Under the pieces are notes generated by a model. It was not told where the DNA came from. It worked only from the letters and a program-made list of their open reading frames with translations, and did not search any database. The translations under genes and the position numbers were made by a program. Shown here in pieces: positions 38,346-47,917 of a stretch of DNA of 64,000 nucleotides; the stretch's first letter is position 1, and each line of letters opens with the position of its first letter. This DNA comes from Candidatus Levyibacteriota bacterium (GTDB lineage: Bacteria > Patescibacteriota > Microgenomatia > Levybacterales > UBA12049): contig JBPOIT010000011.1 in NCBI GenBank assembly GCA_052034235.1, positions 118,719 to 182,718 on the forward strand. Reading direction: 5' to 3'.

Positions 38346-39275
38346 ATGAAGAAAAGAAAGCCTGTTAAAGCTCGGGTTAGCACAAAAAAACATCCTCTTG
38401 CAAAGAAATGGCTGCGTGGAAAGATTGATCGCGGTACTATTTTTATCGTTGTTATCATGATCACGCTGATGTTCTGCGGCTATATTTTTGTTGGCGGGAC
38501 TATTCCTGAAACCATACCAAAACCTCGATCAGAGAACATTATGTCAGTTGATTTAAAGCAAACATTTCCCCAGGAACTCGGGTTGCAAATGCATACATTT
38601 CAAGGAGTGACAAATACACCATACCCAACCCAACAACCTGCAGCTCCACAGCCCAATTCTTTGCAGTTGACTGAAGTAGCATGCGGAAGCAGTGCGCTCG
38701 TCGGAACAGCAAAACCAGAACTTATTTGGGCATATCGCGTAAGCGCTACAGCCGCAAGCGGCAATACCCAATCAGTCCAAGTCTTTTTTTCAGGAGCTGA
38801 TTCCCTTGCTGCTGGAACCAGAGCAATGACACAAAGCCCAACAGAACACATTGTCAGTCCTCCAGTTAATGCAGCCAATAAAGACGCAAACAAATTCCCT
38901 ATCTCCCCAGCTGTTTTTTTAACGGATATTACAGCGAACGCAGCTGATGTCTCAGGAGATGCACAAAATAACGGAGTAGCTCAATTCCCGACTGATATCT
39001 ATGGTGCATGGCGTGTTGAGAACGGCTTGAGTTCAAATGTAGCTAACGGACAGAACCTCGGTCAGGGAGCAGATTTATGGCCGCCAGCAAATGGCCCTGC
39101 TGGTGGATCTCGTAATTCTGCGTGGACCGCTCAAATTATTTGGAAAATGCCTAATTTAAAAACCAATACAGGAGCAGCACTTACCGCTGGAAATACGTAT
39201 CGAATGCAGCTTGTGCTTCATTCTGGAACACAAAATAAAGAAATAGCAGAACTTTGTACAACTTTTAAACTTTAG
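38346..39275 (+). CDS. Hypothetical secreted/membrane-anchored protein (basic N-terminus, one TM, Ala/Gly/Asn-rich ectodomain)
   Basis: The start is taken at ATG 38346 (MKKRKPVKARV…). The promoter and N-terminus are paralogous to gene 12937. Confidence 0.5.
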   Translation: MKKRKPVKARVSTKKHPLAKKWLRGKIDRGTIFIVVIMITLMFCGYIFVGGTIPETIPKPRSENIMSVDLKQTFPQELGLQMHTFQGVTNTPYPTQQPAAPQPNSLQLTEVACGSSALVGTAKPELIWAYRVSATAASGNTQSVQVFFSGADSLAAGTRAMTQSPTEHIVSPPVNAANKDANKFPISPAVFLTDITANAADVSGDAQNNGVAQFPTDIYGAWRVENGLSSNVANGQNLGQGADLWPPANGPAGGSRNSAWTAQIIWKMPNLKTNTGAALTAGNTYRMQLVLHSGTQNKEIAELCTTFKL

Positions 39276-39807
39276 TTTGAGAAGAATGCTCCATTACTTG
39301 GTATAAGACAATCCCCAAACTTACCATTACATTCAGACTGATATTTACACCCCACATAGGCATCTCGGCGATATAATCTGATGCTTCCATCGCTTCTTGT
39401 GAAACACCATCAGTCTCATGTCCGACAATCAGGGCGACCGGAAATTTATAGTCTACTTGATCATAAGGAATACTACGCTCATTTTGCTCAATGGAAACAA
39501 TTTGGATATCTTTAATCTTATCTCTTAAATCTTTAATCGCTTCGACCGCAGTCGAAGTATATTCCCAATCAACCCACTCTGTGGTATTTATTGATGCTTT
39601 TTTAATCCGATGATTTGGAGGTGTTTCTGCACCTGCACATAAATAGACTTTTTCAACAGCAACCGCATCTGCGAGCCTAAAAATTGAACCAATATTATAC
39701 GTATCAAGGACATTATCAACGATAATATAGACAGGATTCTTTTTCAGATGTTTCTTCTGGTGTTCCTCAGCTGTTGCCAATCTCAGTGCTTTTGCATCAA
39801 GTTTCAT
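39265..39807 (-). CDS. SpoU/TrmH-family RNA 2'-O-methyltransferase
   Basis: Has …IIVDNVLDTYNIGSIFRLADA… and a C-terminal SPOUT knot motif (…IVGHETDGVS…MWGVNISLNVMVSLGIVLY). Confidence 0.7.
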   Translation of the reverse strand: MKLDAKALRLATAEEHQKKHLKKNPVYIIVDNVLDTYNIGSIFRLADAVAVEKVYLCAGAETPPNHRIKKASINTTEWVDWEYTSTAVEAIKDLRDKIKDIQIVSIEQNERSIPYDQVDYKFPVALIVGHETDGVSQEAMEASDYIAEMPMWGVNISLNVMVSLGIVLYQVMEHSSQTKV

Positions 39808-39861
39808 GCTCACATTATACCAAAGATTGAAATTGGGAGGTAAATCTGGAATACTTGATGT

Positions 39862-40374
39862 ATGCCTGACGATCAGCCACTCGGTGTACCACCTTCCGAA
39901 TTTCATCCGGAAAGACCTGATGCGCCTTTTAAAAAAAGAGGTAATGTCAAAACTGCGATTCTTGTCGGCATTCTTATTGTGGTTGTTGATATCCTTATCT
40001 ATTTCTTTTTGATAAGACCTGACGATTCACAATTATTAAAAGCCATTGAGCCGCTTAAGCCAGCTGAGAATGTCGCACCAAGCATGACAAATCCCGAAGT
40101 AACACAAGGAATAGTTCCTTCTCAAGTCGTAACGAGCGTTACCGATCTTGCAAAAGAAGATCTGGCAAAAAGATTAAACATATCGACTGGGGAAATTAGT
40201 GTTGTGTCTGAAAAAGAAATAACTTGGAATGATGGTAGTCTAGGATGTCCCCAGCCTGATATGATGTACACACAAGCACTTGTTGAAGGATCGCAAGTCG
40301 TTTTATCTGCCAAAAATAATAGTTATGACTATCATGCCGGACCAAACGATAAACCGTTTTTATGTAATAAATAA
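39862..40374 (+). CDS. Hypothetical single-pass membrane protein
   Basis: A basic N-terminus is followed by a TM segment (ILVGILIVVVDILIYFFLI). Confidence 0.4.
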   Translation: MPDDQPLGVPPSEFHPERPDAPFKKRGNVKTAILVGILIVVVDILIYFFLIRPDDSQLLKAIEPLKPAENVAPSMTNPEVTQGIVPSQVVTSVTDLAKEDLAKRLNISTGEISVVSEKEITWNDGSLGCPQPDMMYTQALVEGSQVVLSAKNNSYDYHAGPNDKPFLCNK

Positions 40375-40376
40375 TT

Positions 40377-41132
40377 ATGGAACAACATTTACCACCAGCA
40401 CATGAAAAAAAACCAGTCCAAAATACTCGTTCATTACGATTCTTAATCCGAAAATACTTTTGGTATATTGTTATTTTTTTCGTGATTGCGATAACAAGCG
40501 GCGTACTGCTTGCAGAGCATGAGGCGAAATCCACGGCAAATTGGGAAACATTCACTAGTAAGGATGCTGGTGTAACATTTCAGCATCCAAAAACATTTAA
40601 TGTTATTGAGGATAAAGGTTGGAGAATCACAGCGTACACATCTGAGGAAAACCCTGAAAACAATATTAAAATCCTCTACTCTCACAACGAACTACCTGAT
40701 GCGTTATCCACCGAAGAACAGTTTTTAGCAAACTGTCAGGCAAAACGCGTGAGCGAAATAACAGCAAAAGGCGGCCGGATGAAGGTGTATGAAGACAGCA
40801 CCTGCAGCGGACAAGTGGTGGAAAACGCCGTTCTCGTCTATGCAGAAAACGGCATGACCTATGATATCAGCCTTTTTGGCAAAATTGACCGAACACAACT
40901 CTACCTCTTCCTCTCCACATTTCGTTTCGAACCAGTCCAATCAGCATTGACTGTTAACCCGAGTGAAGGAGTTTTGCCAACTGGCATGTCTCCAAAGCCG
41001 AGCGTCGTGGACATAACTGAAGCTGTAACAATATGCACGATGGACGCAAAACAATGCTCAGATGGTTCATTTGTAGGAAGATCTGGACCGAATTGTGAGT
41101 TTAAATGCCCCGATGGAAGTGTTTCTCGTTGA
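40377..41132 (+). CDS. Hypothetical membrane-anchored protein with a Cys-rich C-terminus
   Basis: N-terminal TM, and a C-terminal …CTMDAKQCSDGSFVGRSGPNCEFKCPDGS. Confidence 0.4.
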   Translation: MEQHLPPAHEKKPVQNTRSLRFLIRKYFWYIVIFFVIAITSGVLLAEHEAKSTANWETFTSKDAGVTFQHPKTFNVIEDKGWRITAYTSEENPENNIKILYSHNELPDALSTEEQFLANCQAKRVSEITAKGGRMKVYEDSTCSGQVVENAVLVYAENGMTYDISLFGKIDRTQLYLFLSTFRFEPVQSALTVNPSEGVLPTGMSPKPSVVDITEAVTICTMDAKQCSDGSFVGRSGPNCEFKCPDGSVSR

Positions 41133-41146
41133 AGTAACCTGAAGCT

Positions 41147-43468
41147 TTATTTTGATTTTTTCATAAACCTTCCCCTTTTGGGTTTTGGGTTTTTTGCGTC
41201 TGCTTCTGCGAGTTCTTTGCATTGCGCGTAAGTCAGGGATTTTGGATCTGTTTCTTTTGGAATCTTCACATTTTGTTTGCCAAATTTGATGTATGGGCCA
41301 TAACGACCGTTTAAGACTTGGACTTCTGCATCTTCTTCAAATGATTTAATGTGTTTGTTTGCATCTGCTTCCCTTTTTGCTTTGATGATTTCAATTGCAC
41401 GCACTTCGTGAATGGTATTTGGATCTTCTGGTTTGGGAATTGAATAAAACTTTCCTGCGTGTCTGATGTACGGGCCAAATCTACCGATATTGGCTTCCAT
41501 ATCTTCTCCTTCAAATTCACCAACACGTCTGGGAAGTTTAAAGAGTTCAAGCGCTTCTTCGAGTGTGATCGTTTCTAACATTTGACCAGTTCTGAGTGGC
41601 GCAAATTTTGCCTTTTCTGTTTCGGTTGTATGTCCAATTTGTGCAAGCGGTCCAAACCTGCCGACACGAACCAATAATTCCTTGCCACTCTTTGGATCTT
41701 TGCCCAAAATTCGCTCTCCACTTGCGCGTTCTGCATGTTCTTCAGTTGATTCGACATGTTTGTGGAATGGTCCGTAAAATTTTTTAAGCATTTTTTGCCA
41801 TTCGAGCTGTCCTTCTGCGATATCATCAAATTCTTTTTCAACTGTTGCCGTAAATTCATAATCCATAATATTTGGAAAATGTTTACTCAAAAAATCAGTC
41901 ACAACCATGCCGATATCCGTTGGAAATAATTTGCCTCGTTCAACGCCTGTCATTTCAGCTCGTTTTTCTTCTTTAATATGTCCTTTATGCAACGTCAAAA
42001 CCTCATAATCACGAGAAGAACCTTCTCTGTCTTCCTTTACAACATATCCGCGTTTCAGAATTGTTGAAATAGTCGGAGCATACGTTGAAGGTCTACCGAT
42101 ACCATGTTCTTCCAGTTTTTTAACAAGTGTTGCTTCTGTATATCTGCTTGGCGGACGCTGGAATTTTTGCAGCGCCTGCATATATTCAAGGCCAACTTTT
42201 TCACCAACAGTAAGTGCAGGTAAAATGCCCATTTGTTCTTCTTCGTCTTCATCTCGTCCTTCAAAATAGACTTTGAGAAACCCGTCGAACTTGATGACCT
42301 CACCTGTTGCTGTAAGGACATCTGGAACAGTTGAGATGCCAACAGTCACTGTTGTCTTTTCAAGCAGTGCATCTGCCATCTGAGAGGCAATCGCGCGTTT
42401 CCAAATCAGTTCATAAAGCCGTGCTTCTCCAGCATCACCGGTTGAAATGGTATGATGGTCAAAATGTGTTGGACGAATTGCCTCATGCGCTTCTTGTGCT
42501 CCTGCTGTTTTGGTTTGATATTTGCGGATTTGGACATGATTTGCACCGTATTTCTTGGTAATTTCTGCCTCAGCTGCTTTGATGGCTGTTTCTGAAAGAT
42601 TGACAGAATCAGTACGCATATACGTAATTTGGCCTGACTCGTAGAGCTTTTGTGCAATTACCATCGTTCGGGAAACTGAGTAGCCAAGTTTGCGGCCAGC
42701 TTCCTGCTGAAGTGTTGAGGTTGTAAAAGGCGGAGTTGGAGAACGTTTACCGGGGCGAGTTTGGACATCAGTAATTGTATAGGTTGCACCAATACATTTT
42801 TCGAGAAATGTCCGCGCATCAGGAAGCGATTTAAACTTTTCATTATGTTCTGCAATAAACTTTTTGCCTTCTTTGGTTTCAAATTCCGCTGAGATTTTAT
42901 AAAAGGTCTGTCCTGCAAAATCCATGATTTCGCGTTCCCGCTCGACAAGGAACCGAACGGCAACAGATTGGACGCGACCTGCAGATAGTTGCGGTTTGAT
43001 TTTTTTCCAGAGAATTGGTGAGAGTTCAAAACCAACTAATCGGTCCAGAATACGTCTTGCTTGTTGTGCATCTACCAGATTGGTATCGATATCACGAGGT
43101 GTTTCAATTGCGCGCTCAATTGCGGTTTTGGTGATTTCATGAAAGACAATTCGCTTTGTATTTTTTGGTTTTAAACCCAAAACTTGTGATAAATGCCACG
43201 AAATAGCTTCTCCTTCACGGTCTTCGTCACTTGCAAGCCAAATCATATCAGCTTCTTTGGTAAGTTTCTTAAGCTCTGCAACAACTTGTTTTTTCTCGTC
43301 CGGGACAACATACGTTGGAGTAAATCCGTTTTTAATATCAATCGCATCTCCACCCTTTGGCAGATCACGAATGTGTCCAAACGAAGATCGAACATGAAAA
43401 TCTTTCCCCAAAAATCCCTCAATGGTTTTCGCTTTCGCCGGTGATTCAACAATAACAAGGTTCTTCAT
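41147..43468 (-). CDS. topA: DNA topoisomerase I
   Basis: 773 aa with an N-terminal Toprim domain (LVIVESPAKAKTI) and a C-terminal region of repeats. Confidence 0.9.
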   Translation of the reverse strand: MKNLVIVESPAKAKTIEGFLGKDFHVRSSFGHIRDLPKGGDAIDIKNGFTPTYVVPDEKKQVVAELKKLTKEADMIWLASDEDREGEAISWHLSQVLGLKPKNTKRIVFHEITKTAIERAIETPRDIDTNLVDAQQARRILDRLVGFELSPILWKKIKPQLSAGRVQSVAVRFLVEREREIMDFAGQTFYKISAEFETKEGKKFIAEHNEKFKSLPDARTFLEKCIGATYTITDVQTRPGKRSPTPPFTTSTLQQEAGRKLGYSVSRTMVIAQKLYESGQITYMRTDSVNLSETAIKAAEAEITKKYGANHVQIRKYQTKTAGAQEAHEAIRPTHFDHHTISTGDAGEARLYELIWKRAIASQMADALLEKTTVTVGISTVPDVLTATGEVIKFDGFLKVYFEGRDEDEEEQMGILPALTVGEKVGLEYMQALQKFQRPPSRYTEATLVKKLEEHGIGRPSTYAPTISTILKRGYVVKEDREGSSRDYEVLTLHKGHIKEEKRAEMTGVERGKLFPTDIGMVVTDFLSKHFPNIMDYEFTATVEKEFDDIAEGQLEWQKMLKKFYGPFHKHVESTEEHAERASGERILGKDPKSGKELLVRVGRFGPLAQIGHTTETEKAKFAPLRTGQMLETITLEEALELFKLPRRVGEFEGEDMEANIGRFGPYIRHAGKFYSIPKPEDPNTIHEVRAIEIIKAKREADANKHIKSFEEDAEVQVLNGRYGPYIKFGKQNVKIPKETDPKSLTYAQCKELAEADAKNPKPKRGRFMKKSK

Positions 43469-43584
43469 AAAGTCAGCAATGGCTAATATTGTAATCTAGA
43501 TTATACAGGAGGTGTCAAGTAGCAGAAAATGATTTATATTATTGAGACTATAGAAAAGTAGAAATAATTAGACCCCACATGAAT

Positions 43585-44747
43585 TTATCTTGCACCATCA
43601 AATACTATTATTTCCCTTCTTGTTGCCTTTTGTTCTAAATAATAGTTTCTGTTAGCTTGCTCTGTAACAGCTCTCGTAACATCAAAAATAGGTTGTATAG
43701 AAACATGTGTTTCATCAGTAACTCTACCATTATGTCCCAACACGTCCACAGCACTTGCAAACATCGCTTGTACTTCAACAAAGTTTTGTCCATCAGGCAA
43801 CCCCGTATCAAGATATCCACTTGAGCCACCTCGTACTACAAAGTTGCCTTGACCTATTTCAACAAGATTAGGCACTAAACCATTTTTTGCAATAACGGGC
43901 TCACCACCGTCAATAGATACTGAAAGATATGGACTAGTAGCAATTCCAGGTTCTGCTACTAATTCGCTAACTGTTATGTTTGACTTCAAATTATCAGTAC
44001 CATCTATCGCCACAATCGCACCTTTGCGTGGATCTGGAATAGCCTCCACATCAAGTGAACCAGAGATATGATCTGTCCCTCCACTCAAAACATCAAAAGC
44101 AACCTCAATAAAAGGGCCTCTTGAAAGGAATTGATCAACACGATGACCATCCAGTACATGCCCCTCTACAATATGTGGTTTAACATATGAAAGATTACTG
44201 CCCCTATCAACTGTAAATAGATGCGTGCCATTATCAAGGCGTGCATATACTAACTCGTTAGAATTATCTTTACCAGTCCAACTTCTATTATCCCCAGGAC
44301 TATATCGTGAATTGGTATTAACATACCCAACACGAGTACGTCCCTTATGATCTTTATTAACAAGCGCTTGCCATGTCTGATAACCAGTATTTTCTGTTGC
44401 GAACTTATCATTATGTCCTGAAATTACATGCGCAACTTCTAATCCATATTCTTCTGCCACTGCTGTCAAATTGAGGTCTACTTCAACATTTGCAAAATCA
44501 TCTCGCCCATGTCCACCTCCAAAATCTGTTATCCGGACAATATCAAATGGTCCCTTTACAAGTGCACGATCAGGCACCAACAAGCCTGTTTTTCTATCAG
44601 GCCTAAAGCTACTCGTGTCAATATGCGGAGCCTTACCATTTGCAGTAGGGAGAGCTCCTTCCACAAGAAAAATGCCACTCGGAGTAGCAGCTGTTGGGAT
44701 TGGTAAACCGTTTCTTGAAATTTGTTCTAGACTTGGTCGTGCCATAT
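43585..44747 (-). CDS. Hypothetical 388-aa protein under SAM-riboswitch control, no family recognised
   Basis: The start is taken at MARPSLEQ (44747), with GGGAGG 16 nt upstream. The ORF-track N-terminal extension to 44895 overlaps the riboswitch and is rejected. Motifs include ITDFGGGHGRDD, VISGHNDKF and SGGTDHISGSLD. Confidence 0.5.
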
Positions 44748-44749
44748 AA

Positions 44750-44918
44750 AACAAAAAAACCTCCCGGAAAGGAGGTTTATTACAAAAAAATTGTTTTCCA
44801 GATTTAATCTGGACTAATCCTCCCCCTACGGGATTGGGTTTGGCACCGTGGTATTTACTCGGTTGCCGGATGGGTCTTCGGAGCCAATTCTCCATTCGCC
44901 ATCACTCTTGATTAGCAA
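44750..44918 (-). promoter_or_regulatory. SAM-I (S-box) riboswitch with aptamer at 44811..44916 and intrinsic terminator at 44750..44776
   Basis: The minus-strand aptamer is GCUAAUCAAGAGUGAUGGCGAAUGGAGAAUUGGCUCCGAAGACCCAUCCGGCAACCGAGUAAAUACCACGGUGCCAAACCCAAUCCCGUAGGGGGAGGAUUAGUC. It contains the S-box blocks AUCAAGAG, GGAG, CCGGCAACC and GGUGCCAA, and P1 pairs CUAAUC with GAUUAG. The terminator is CCUCCU-uucc-GGGAGG followed by U7, and its 5' arm can alternatively pair with the aptamer's GGGGGAGG. Confidence 0.75.
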
Positions 44919-44962
44919 TATAATAGCATAGAGCACATATGATGACAAGAGGTTTTTTGTGA

Positions 44963-46030
44963 TTAGTGCGGGGTCATGCACGCACCTGTTGACTGATTCC
45001 AAATTGGTTTCGGATCGACAGTGAGATTTGCTGGTGGATCAATAATAATTTGTGTGTCTCCACTTGGAGTGATTGAGTTTTCGCATTCCACAACCGCCTG
45101 TGCGTCTGAAGGATTTCCAACATAAAGATCAACCATTGTCACGACGCCGCAACCTTTAGGCGCTGTCCATGAAACAGCGCATTCGTCCTCTTTGATGAAA
45201 TATTTTTGAACACGCGGCACATAAATAATTTGTCCAACTTTGTATGCTCCAGCACCCGCTGGAGATGCAAATGTTAATGGATCTGCATGTGTTCCTGTAC
45301 CGCCTGCTTCCTGATGGATAACGGGATTTGCGATTGCTTTTGAACCTTTTGGATCATTGTCGTAGGCACCATAAAAGGTAATTTTCACATTGGCAGTTGT
45401 GCCAGCGCCACCTGATGGGACAACTGAAAGCACTGTCGAAGGTACCGGTGGTGCTACTGAAGTTGATGTACTTGGCACAGGTGCTGTTGAAGGATCAGGA
45501 CATGGAACTTCTTCTTCCTGCTCTTGTTCTTCATCTGGTGTTGTATCTTCTTCATTTGGAACGTTGCTTGGGGCTGGGACAGTATTTTCGTCGGGCAGTT
45601 TGATCGTTCCTTCCCCCAATAATTTATTGATAAGTTCAATAAGCCATTCAAGTATCTGCTTCATAAATTTACTTACTTCCCCATCGTGAATTTTATGTTT
45701 GCTTTTGTGTTTACTTTTCTTGCTATGTGCAGTTGACGCCCCTCCCGTAACACATGGATCTGCTGGAGTTTGACTCATACTTGTTGAAGGAGTTTGCGCT
45801 GTGGGTGCAGGAGCACTACTTGTTACCGGTGATACTGCAACAGATGTGCAGGACGGACACGGTGCTAATGGATAAAAGCTTGGTTTTATCACAGATGATG
45901 CTTCTGTTCTCACGTCCTGCTCTTTTTGGACGAGGAAAATAGTTAGAGGCATTAACATCGCGAGCATGACCGCATATGCAACAAGACTAAGTTGCCTCAC
46001 ATGTTCCCTTTTATGATTGAATTCGTTCAT
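44963..46030 (-). CDS. Secreted protein with Pro/Ser/Thr-rich linkers, a basic KSKHK/amphipathic module and a C-terminal 3D/double-psi-beta-barrel-like domain
   Basis: Signal/TM N-terminus. The C-terminus (…ITFYGAYDNDPKGS…THADPLTFASPAGAGAYKVGQIIYVPRV…) resembles MltA-type 3D domains. It shares an internal module with gene 46074. Confidence 0.45.
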   Translation of the reverse strand: MNEFNHKREHVRQLSLVAYAVMLAMLMPLTIFLVQKEQDVRTEASSVIKPSFYPLAPCPSCTSVAVSPVTSSAPAPTAQTPSTSMSQTPADPCVTGGASTAHSKKSKHKSKHKIHDGEVSKFMKQILEWLIELINKLLGEGTIKLPDENTVPAPSNVPNEEDTTPDEEQEQEEEVPCPDPSTAPVPSTSTSVAPPVPSTVLSVVPSGGAGTTANVKITFYGAYDNDPKGSKAIANPVIHQEAGGTGTHADPLTFASPAGAGAYKVGQIIYVPRVQKYFIKEDECAVSWTAPKGCGVVTMVDLYVGNPSDAQAVVECENSITPSGDTQIIIDPPANLTVDPKPIWNQSTGACMTPH

Positions 46031-46073
46031 ACTATTTAAGAGTAACTTCTCGCTCAGAGAGAGTCAAGTATGA

Positions 46074-47879
46074 TTAGTCACAAGTACCTGGATCGTCAGG
46101 GTAGTTTGGATTAATGTTATGGACGCATGCATTGGTACAACATTTCCGTGCACCTGTTGCATCACATTTTTGACCGCTTGGAATACATGCAAATACTTGC
46201 GTAGGCGCTGCACTTGGAGCAACACTAAACGGCTGCGTAATTGAAGGCGCGACAGAGACTGGCGTTGATGGAGCAATGATAGGTGCCACTGACGGTGAGA
46301 CGACCGGAACAGATGGATTTATTGTAGGGACAGGTGCACTTGTTGGAGCACTTGTCGGCGCGCATGGATCAGGTACTGTGGATGGAGTTGGCTGCGGGTT
46401 TGGAAGAGGTGTTGTCCCACCACCGATAAGTCGCAGAAGCAGATTTAAAAGTTCAATAAGAAACCTGAGCAGTGCGTCCATAAATTTACTCACACCACCG
46501 CTTTTCTGTTTATGTTTGCTTTTCTTTTTCTTATTGTGAGCAATCGACGCTCCTTCGGCTACGCAAGGTTGCGTTGATACACTTGGAGTCGTAGTTCGAC
46601 TTGAAGGTTGAGGGTTTGTACTTGCGGAACTCGGAATTGGTGAAGTTACGCCACAGCTGGGACAAGGAGCAATAACGCCGTAGGTTGGTGTTATGAAAGC
46701 AGATGTCGGTGCTGAATTAGCGGCAAAGTTGACTCGAATAATTTTATCATCCTCCGCTTGAGGGGTTCCCCTGCCGTCTCTATTTGAAGTTGTGATGTAT
46801 AACTGATTATCAGGACCAACGATTACTTCACGAATACGGCCAAACTGCCCCTTGAAGTGCTGATTAACGATACTGGCTGTTGTGCCTTGCACTTTTGCTT
46901 CATACAGAGCTTGTCCTTTGAGTCCTCCAAAAAAGATCGAATCATTAAAGAAAGCTGTACCCGCAGGTGCCCACGTTGTTGTTGCATCATTGCCGCTATG
47001 AACAAGCGGCGTTACCATACCTGTTTGCTGAGCATCACCTTCGATAGTTGGCCAGCCATAATTTTTGCCTGCTTCGATAAGATTAAGTTCATCAGACCTT
47101 GATGGCGAAGAATTACCATGCTCTGTTGCATAAAATGTCGAACCGTTCCAAGTAAGGCCCTGTGGGTTACGATTACCATATGAATACGTTCTATTATTAA
47201 ATGGATTTCCAGGTGCAGGTTGACCTGTATCAGTTACTCTCAATATTTTCCCGGCCAAAGAGTTTGTGTCTTGTGCAGATGATGGATTTCCTGCATCACC
47301 TGTTGTTATATATAAAAAGCCATCCGGTCCAAATTTAATTCGACCCCCATCATGATTTGTACCTCCTGGTATCGCATCTACAATAGTTGTCGGGCTTGTC
47401 ATTTGATTATTGGAAAAGACATACCGAACAACACGATTCAATGTGTTTCCGCTTGTTTCCTGATATGTGTAATACAGGTATACAAAATTATTTGAAGCAA
47501 ATTGCGGATGAAGCGCGATACCAAGCAGACCTCCTTCACCGGTAGCTTTCACCCCGGTTATTGCAACTATATCTGTCGTTTGTCCATTTGCCGGAGCAAT
47601 GAGTTTTACCGTACCTGGCCTTTCAGTAACCAACATATTCCCATCCGGCAAAAAAGCTATCGCCCAAGGAATGTTTAAATTCTTGGCAATTATTCTTGTT
47701 GCCGGTGTACCAGACGGAAGATTCTGCGCTTCAGTTTTCAGAGATTGATTGGTATTTATATTGGCTGTAAATATAACTAAAACTATCAGTGGAAGAACAA
47801 GAAGTAACAGTAAGAAGAGATGAGATATGTGATGTCTGTGCATATTTTTATTGTACGTACGCACAACAACTTTTTGCAA
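46074..47879 (-). CDS. Secreted soluble quinoprotein glucose/sorbosone dehydrogenase-like beta-propeller protein with a Cys-rich C-terminal extension
   Basis: GSDH-family patterns (…NIPWAIAFLPDGNMLVTERPG…, …NHDGGRIKFGPDGFLYITTGD…, …GKNYGWP…) are followed by the module shared with gene 44963 and a Cys-rich tail. Confidence 0.55.
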   Translation of the reverse strand: MQKVVVRTYNKNMHRHHISHLFLLLLLVLPLIVLVIFTANINTNQSLKTEAQNLPSGTPATRIIAKNLNIPWAIAFLPDGNMLVTERPGTVKLIAPANGQTTDIVAITGVKATGEGGLLGIALHPQFASNNFVYLYYTYQETSGNTLNRVVRYVFSNNQMTSPTTIVDAIPGGTNHDGGRIKFGPDGFLYITTGDAGNPSSAQDTNSLAGKILRVTDTGQPAPGNPFNNRTYSYGNRNPQGLTWNGSTFYATEHGNSSPSRSDELNLIEAGKNYGWPTIEGDAQQTGMVTPLVHSGNDATTTWAPAGTAFFNDSIFFGGLKGQALYEAKVQGTTASIVNQHFKGQFGRIREVIVGPDNQLYITTSNRDGRGTPQAEDDKIIRVNFAANSAPTSAFITPTYGVIAPCPSCGVTSPIPSSASTNPQPSSRTTTPSVSTQPCVAEGASIAHNKKKKSKHKQKSGGVSKFMDALLRFLIELLNLLLRLIGGGTTPLPNPQPTPSTVPDPCAPTSAPTSAPVPTINPSVPVVSPSVAPIIAPSTPVSVAPSITQPFSVAPSAAPTQVFACIPSGQKCDATGARKCCTNACVHNINPNYPDDPGTCD

Positions 47880-47917
47880 GAGGTAGAAAGACGCTGTGAG
47901 CTGATCGGTTTAAAAAA

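Noticed and set aside
38282-38464. 60-aa minus-strand ORF overlapping the start of gene 38346
   Set aside because: Antisense to a better-supported gene that has its own promoter. It was judged spurious.
44748-44895. ORF-track N-terminal extension of the 43585 gene (MENWLRRPIRQPSKYHG…)
   Set aside because: It is encoded by the SAM-I riboswitch aptamer and terminator sequence. The real start is MARPSL at 44747, behind GGGAGG.
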